From the IMG/VR virus record IMGVR_UViG_3300010049_000009, positions 128,001 to 192,000 of that record: a stretch of DNA of 64,000 bases. One strand, written 5' to 3'. Origin of the DNA: a virus (taxonomy: Duplodnaviria > Heunggongvirae > Uroviricota > Caudoviricetes). Below are positions 60,181 through 64,000 of the stretch, one piece after another. Position 1 is the stretch's first letter. Each line of letters begins with the position of its first letter. The position numbers and the translations under genes are program-made. The notes beneath the pieces were generated by a model, which worked only from the letters and a program-made list of their open reading frames with translations, was not told the origin of the DNA and searched no databases.

Positions 60181-61152
60181 ATGAAGCAGGAATATAAAGA
60201 TATGATTGAAAGATCAAATGATATGAATAGACGCTTGGATAAGTTATTGGAGGAACAAAAAGATAGAGGTAAAATGCTTGAGGAAATGGAAAGGGAAATG
60301 GATGAAATCGAAGAACTAATAGATACCTCAACAGAAAAACCAATAAAGATTATTATTCAAAACCCACAAGAACTACAAGAATTAATAGGACTTGAAAGTG
60401 TTAAATCTGAAATAAACACATTATCAAACTTTATTAAAATACAACAGATGAGAAAAGAAAGGGGTTTAAAATCTTCTAATCTTAATTATCATTGTGTTTT
60501 TACAGGTAATCCTGGAACAGGAAAAACCACTGTCGGAAGGATTGTTGGTTCGATTTTCAAAGAATTGGGAATACTAAAAAGTGGGCATCTTGTGGAAACA
60601 GACCGTTCAGGTTTGGTTGGTGAATATGTTGGACACACTGCGGTAAAAACCAATAAAATTATTGATAGCGCATTGGATGGTGTTTTGTTCATTGACGAAG
60701 CATATTCTTTGATTTCGGGTGGTCAAAATGATTTTGGAAAAGAAGCAATCGCAACGCTATTGAAACGTATGGAAGATGATAGAGATAGATTAGTGGTTAT
60801 TCTTGCAGGTTACACTGACGAAATGAAAATTTTTATCAACTCCAATCCTGGATTAGAATCACGATTCAACAGATACATTGAATTTGAAGATTATTCTGTT
60901 GAAGAATTATATCGAATTTTTGAAACAAATGTTAAAAATTTTGAATATCATTTGGATAAGAATGTTGATAATATTTTGAAGAAACATTTTCAACAAGTAA
61001 TTGAAAATAAAGACCGCAATTTTGGTAATGCTCGTTTTGTAAGAAATTTCTTTGAAAAAACATTAGAACAACAATCTAATCGTTTAGCAAAAGAAACAGA
61101 CTTTACAGTTGAAAAACTATCTAAAATTTTAACAATAGACCTCTTAATATGA
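60181..61152 (+). CDS. SpoVK/CbbX-family AAA ATPase
   Basis: LIGLESVK, FTGNPGTGKTTV, LVG.YVGHTA.KT, LFIDEAYSL, VILAGY, NPGL.SRF, FGNAR. Confidence 0.92.
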   Translation: MKQEYKDMIERSNDMNRRLDKLLEEQKDRGKMLEEMEREMDEIEELIDTSTEKPIKIIIQNPQELQELIGLESVKSEINTLSNFIKIQQMRKERGLKSSNLNYHCVFTGNPGTGKTTVGRIVGSIFKELGILKSGHLVETDRSGLVGEYVGHTAVKTNKIIDSALDGVLFIDEAYSLISGGQNDFGKEAIATLLKRMEDDRDRLVVILAGYTDEMKIFINSNPGLESRFNRYIEFEDYSVEELYRIFETNVKNFEYHLDKNVDNILKKHFQQVIENKDRNFGNARFVRNFFEKTLEQQSNRLAKETDFTVEKLSKILTIDLLI

Positions 61153-61157
61153 AAATA

Positions 61158-61198
61158 AAAAAAAAACCTATTTACCACATTGTAAATAGGTTTTTTTA
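61158..61198. terminator. bidirectional intrinsic terminator
   Basis: A-run-CCTATTTAC-CACATT-GTAAATAGG-T-run between convergent genes. Confidence 0.85.
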
Positions 61199-61212
61199 TA
61201 AACTTTCATTTT

Positions 61213-62637
61213 TTACATTGTACCCCAATCACCTACTGTATGTAGATGATCTACCATAGCATTTGCACTATCACGTTCTTGTGTTCGTGTTTTTAAGGTT
61301 TTTTTAGTTATATTAAGTCGTTGCCACAACTTATTAATAACTCTTTTATCAACAGCACCTGTTTGTTCTAATTGTTTAATTTTATTTTCAAAATCAACAG
61401 CATCATTTTGTAACCTCTCTATTACTTCGGCTTGATCAGTTTTTGTGTTATTTAATGCTTTAATTTCATTTTCCATATTAATACCGGCGGCACGTAATCC
61501 GTCAATAATTTCTTTACTCTGTTGATCCGTGGATTGTAAGTTTTCTATTTCACTGTTAAGACCCTCTATTGTCTGATTTAAAGCAGCGATTTGTTGTCCT
61601 GATAACCTTTTTATTTCATAATCCATACCGGCTTTAGATGCAAAATATTGACCTTTCAATTCGTCTCTTTGTGGTGTTCTAATATCTTTCACACCTTTAA
61701 GTCTTGGAACCCTTTTGATAGCGGCTTCAACGCTTGTCAAATATGCTGTTGGGTCAATTGGAACATTCGGATTATCACCTAAAAATTTAGCATGTTTTAA
61801 CCACGCAGATTCAAAATTTTTAAACGCAGAACCAATTTTTCTTGCTGCTACTAATACTTTATGTGGTACAGTACCACTTCCGGTAATACTACCACCTATG
61901 TTTCTCAAAGCATTTCTAATACCAAACATTCCTTCATCAACCGAATCATTATATGCTTCGGTCAAAAGTTCATTGATATTTTGTGAAACCATTCTCTGAA
62001 CACCTTCACGAAAATCTTCTTTGTCAAAAGTATCACGATACCTGTCTAATGAACCAATACCGTGTTCTTCTTCGTAATCAAATTCTTCTTCGGCGATTAC
62101 TTCATCTAATTTTCTTTTGATTTCGGCGGCGATTTGTTCTAAATCCATATACTCCGGTGACATTCTACAAGCCTGTGTAATGATTTTTTTGAACGCTTCT
62201 AAAGCTTCGTCATTTACTTTTGGTAAAGTACCCATCGCCTTTTGAACAAGTGGCGATAATGGACCTTCGTTAATAGATTCATAAATAAGATTAGTAAGGT
62301 GATTCACAATACTCTCTTTCTTCAATTCTTTTACATTTTGACCAACCAAACTTGATATACGATTATTTTTTGTGATAGATTCATATATTTGGTTAGTAAG
62401 TTGATGTACTTGACTTTCTCTTTGGAGATTTATCCAAGATGAAGTGTCTTTCGGATTTAACCCATAACTTTGTGGGTTGGAAGTGATAATGAAACTTTCA
62501 TTTAATTTGCTTCCGGGATATACATTCGATAAGTAGGTTTTAACTTCGTTCTTGATCTTGGATTTATCAGTTGTGTTAAATCCTTTTACGATAAACCCCT
62601 TATTCTCATTGATACAATATAGTTTATATTGGTTCAT
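61213..62637 (-). CDS. coiled-coil late protein, candidate internal head protein
   Basis: Late motif 62668-62675; repeat HQLTNQIYESI/NHLTNLIYESI; C-terminal coiled coil. Confidence 0.6.
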   Translation of the reverse strand: MNQYKLYCINENKGFIVKGFNTTDKSKIKNEVKTYLSNVYPGSKLNESFIITSNPQSYGLNPKDTSSWINLQRESQVHQLTNQIYESITKNNRISSLVGQNVKELKKESIVNHLTNLIYESINEGPLSPLVQKAMGTLPKVNDEALEAFKKIITQACRMSPEYMDLEQIAAEIKRKLDEVIAEEEFDYEEEHGIGSLDRYRDTFDKEDFREGVQRMVSQNINELLTEAYNDSVDEGMFGIRNALRNIGGSITGSGTVPHKVLVAARKIGSAFKNFESAWLKHAKFLGDNPNVPIDPTAYLTSVEAAIKRVPRLKGVKDIRTPQRDELKGQYFASKAGMDYEIKRLSGQQIAALNQTIEGLNSEIENLQSTDQQSKEIIDGLRAAGINMENEIKALNNTKTDQAEVIERLQNDAVDFENKIKQLEQTGAVDKRVINKLWQRLNITKKTLKTRTQERDSANAMVDHLHTVGDWGTM

Positions 62638-62687
62638 TATATTTATTTTTATATGATTATTTTAGTAATAAATAGATATTAATTTTG

Positions 62688-63101
62688 TTATTCTACCGCC
62701 TTTTCTTTCTTTTTTTGTGTGTTATGACAAATATCAAACACCTTCTTCAAGGTTTCAAATGCTTGGCTGTTGCTTTCACCATTTCGAGATAATTGGGTCA
62801 TTGCATCGAGCGATTCCGATTTAATGTTCTCAATGAATTTATTAATTTCGGGGGTTTCCGTATCAATCATACTAATTTCACTATCCAACATTTGGTCGCC
62901 ACCAAATTCTTCTGTGTTTTCACACTCAATGTATTCACGAAGTAACTTGTAATTTTTTTGAATAGCGTTAATGTTTTCTTTTATAGTGTTAGTTTTAATA
63001 GTCTTAACAGGTTGAGCAGTAGGTTTAACACCAAAATTGGATTCACTCAACACCTCTTTAACAGTTTTATCAACATATTCCTTTAAATTGAACTTTTGCA
63101 T
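62688..63101 (-). CDS. hypothetical late protein
   Basis: Late motif 63119-63126; VKEVLSES. Confidence 0.6.
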   Translation of the reverse strand: MQKFNLKEYVDKTVKEVLSESNFGVKPTAQPVKTIKTNTIKENINAIQKNYKLLREYIECENTEEFGGDQMLDSEISMIDTETPEINKFIENIKSESLDAMTQLSRNGESNSQAFETLKKVFDICHNTQKKKEKAVE

Positions 63102-63171
63102 AAAAATAAGTTTTTTTAATAAATAGCATTGAAAATTAAATTTTTCTATTTATAAGTAAATTGAATGGCAA

Positions 63172-64000
63172 ATGAAAACCATAATAATATCCGAAGAGCA
63201 GTTACATAAAATTAAGAATGATATTTTGAAAGAGGATAGGGAAGAAGTAACTTTTTATCAGTTCAGAGCAGAGTTACAGGATTTCTTAAAATCGTTATTG
63301 GAACACCCAATTACCTGTAATGTTGGTGAGTTTTGGCGATCACGTGGTTTTTCTAAAAATAAAATGGTCGAATATTTGGTCAAAACCAATGTTTTAGAGA
63401 AGGATCAAAAGGTTAATACCGACAACATAGACGGACCACAGTTGGAAGTTTCTTACAAAGTGTTGAAGGGTGGTTTTGATAGAAAAATAAGAAGAATGTT
63501 CATTAAACTTTTTGAGGGTGAAACAAAATCCTCAACAAAGTTACTCGTTGAAAACAACTTTCAAGAAGACGTAGACCCCTCACAAATAAATCTCAATTCA
63601 TTTCAACCGAAGTCGGAGTTAAACCCCAAATTTTTTCCCGATGGTGAAAAATTACCGAAGAGAACAAGACTTCGATTGCTTGAAGTTGCAGACGATTTCA
63701 TAGAAGAACTTAACCTACCCTTCGCTGAACCCAAAGATATTCACATAGTGGGAAGTATAGTGGGTTATAATTGGTCAAAATATTCTGATGTGGATTTACA
63801 TATAATATATGATTTCAATGATATTGACAAAAGAACAAATTTTGTCAGAGAATATATGGATAGCAAAAAGACTGTGTGGAATGACACCAAGAAAATAAGA
63901 ATATTTGGATATGATGTTGAATTATATGTGGAGGATATTTCAGACCCCGCTATTTCAAATGGGCGGTATTCATTGGAAAGTAACAAATGGATACAAAAAC
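63172..64000 (+). CDS. Pol-beta-fold nucleotidyltransferase with N-terminal extension (runs off window end)
   Basis: Not in ORF track; manual translation MKTIIISEEQLHKIK...IHIVGSIVGYNWSKYSDVDLHII...GYDVELYVED; late motif 63146-63153. Confidence 0.8.
   Translation, partial: MKTIIISEEQLHKIKNDILKEDREEVTFYQFRAELQDFLKSLLEHPITCNVGEFWRSRGFSKNKMVEYLVKTNVLEKDQKVNTDNIDGPQLEVSYKVLKGGFDRKIRRMFIKLFEGETKSSTKLLVENNFQEDVDPSQINLNSFQPKSELNPKFFPDGEKLPKRTRLRLLEVADDFIEELNLPFAEPKDIHIVGSIVGYNWSKYSDVDLHIIYDFNDIDKRTNFVREYMDSKKTVWNDTKKIRIFGYDVELYVEDISDPAISNGRYSLESNKWIQK

Noticed and set aside
63765-63986. 73-aa minus-strand ORF
   Set aside because: Antisense to the nucleotidyltransferase reading frame
1-64000. Stop-codon reassignment (TAG or TGA) as in Lak or some crAss-like phages
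   Set aside because: Long genes including capsid, fibre and baseplate are intact in the standard code; TAG and TGA end genes right before the next start; readthrough of the ClpC TGA hits another TGA three codons later

Overview
A 64-kb, AT-rich segment of a large T4-like (gp23-type capsid) myophage, probably a jumbo/megaphage. The host is inferred to be Bacteroidota from TAnnTTTG promoters, mostly SD-less starts, a BACON-like domain and Bacteroidetes-type amidase, SSB and exonuclease genes. Virion genes (major capsid, scaffold, gp25/gp6/gp26-like baseplate, neck/tail completion, a 1408-aa fibre) are scattered among plus-strand runs of DNA, nucleotide, RNA and protein metabolism genes. Those include UvsX/RecA, SNF2, RuvC, SSB, four DNA methyltransferases, dNMP kinase, 5'-nucleotidases, ClpC-like, FtsH-like, SpoVK, FKBP and thioredoxin. 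Most structural units are preceded by a conserved sense-strand (C)TATTTAT motif. Highlights: (1) a ROT/TROVE-like-TerD protein followed by a separately transcribed cassette of repeated Y-RNA-like stem-loops, one with a circularly permuted tRNA-like module, plus dispersed RNA-repair enzymes; (2) a ~700-nt ORF-free, hairpin-dense minus-strand region resembling a GOLLD/ROOL-class large ncRNA, next to a possible origin; (3) candidate head-packaged proteins including a Pol-beta nucleotidyltransferase; (4) a ClpC-like gene with a degenerate first ATPase domain and a frameshift. All calls come from reading motifs by eye; no searches were run.
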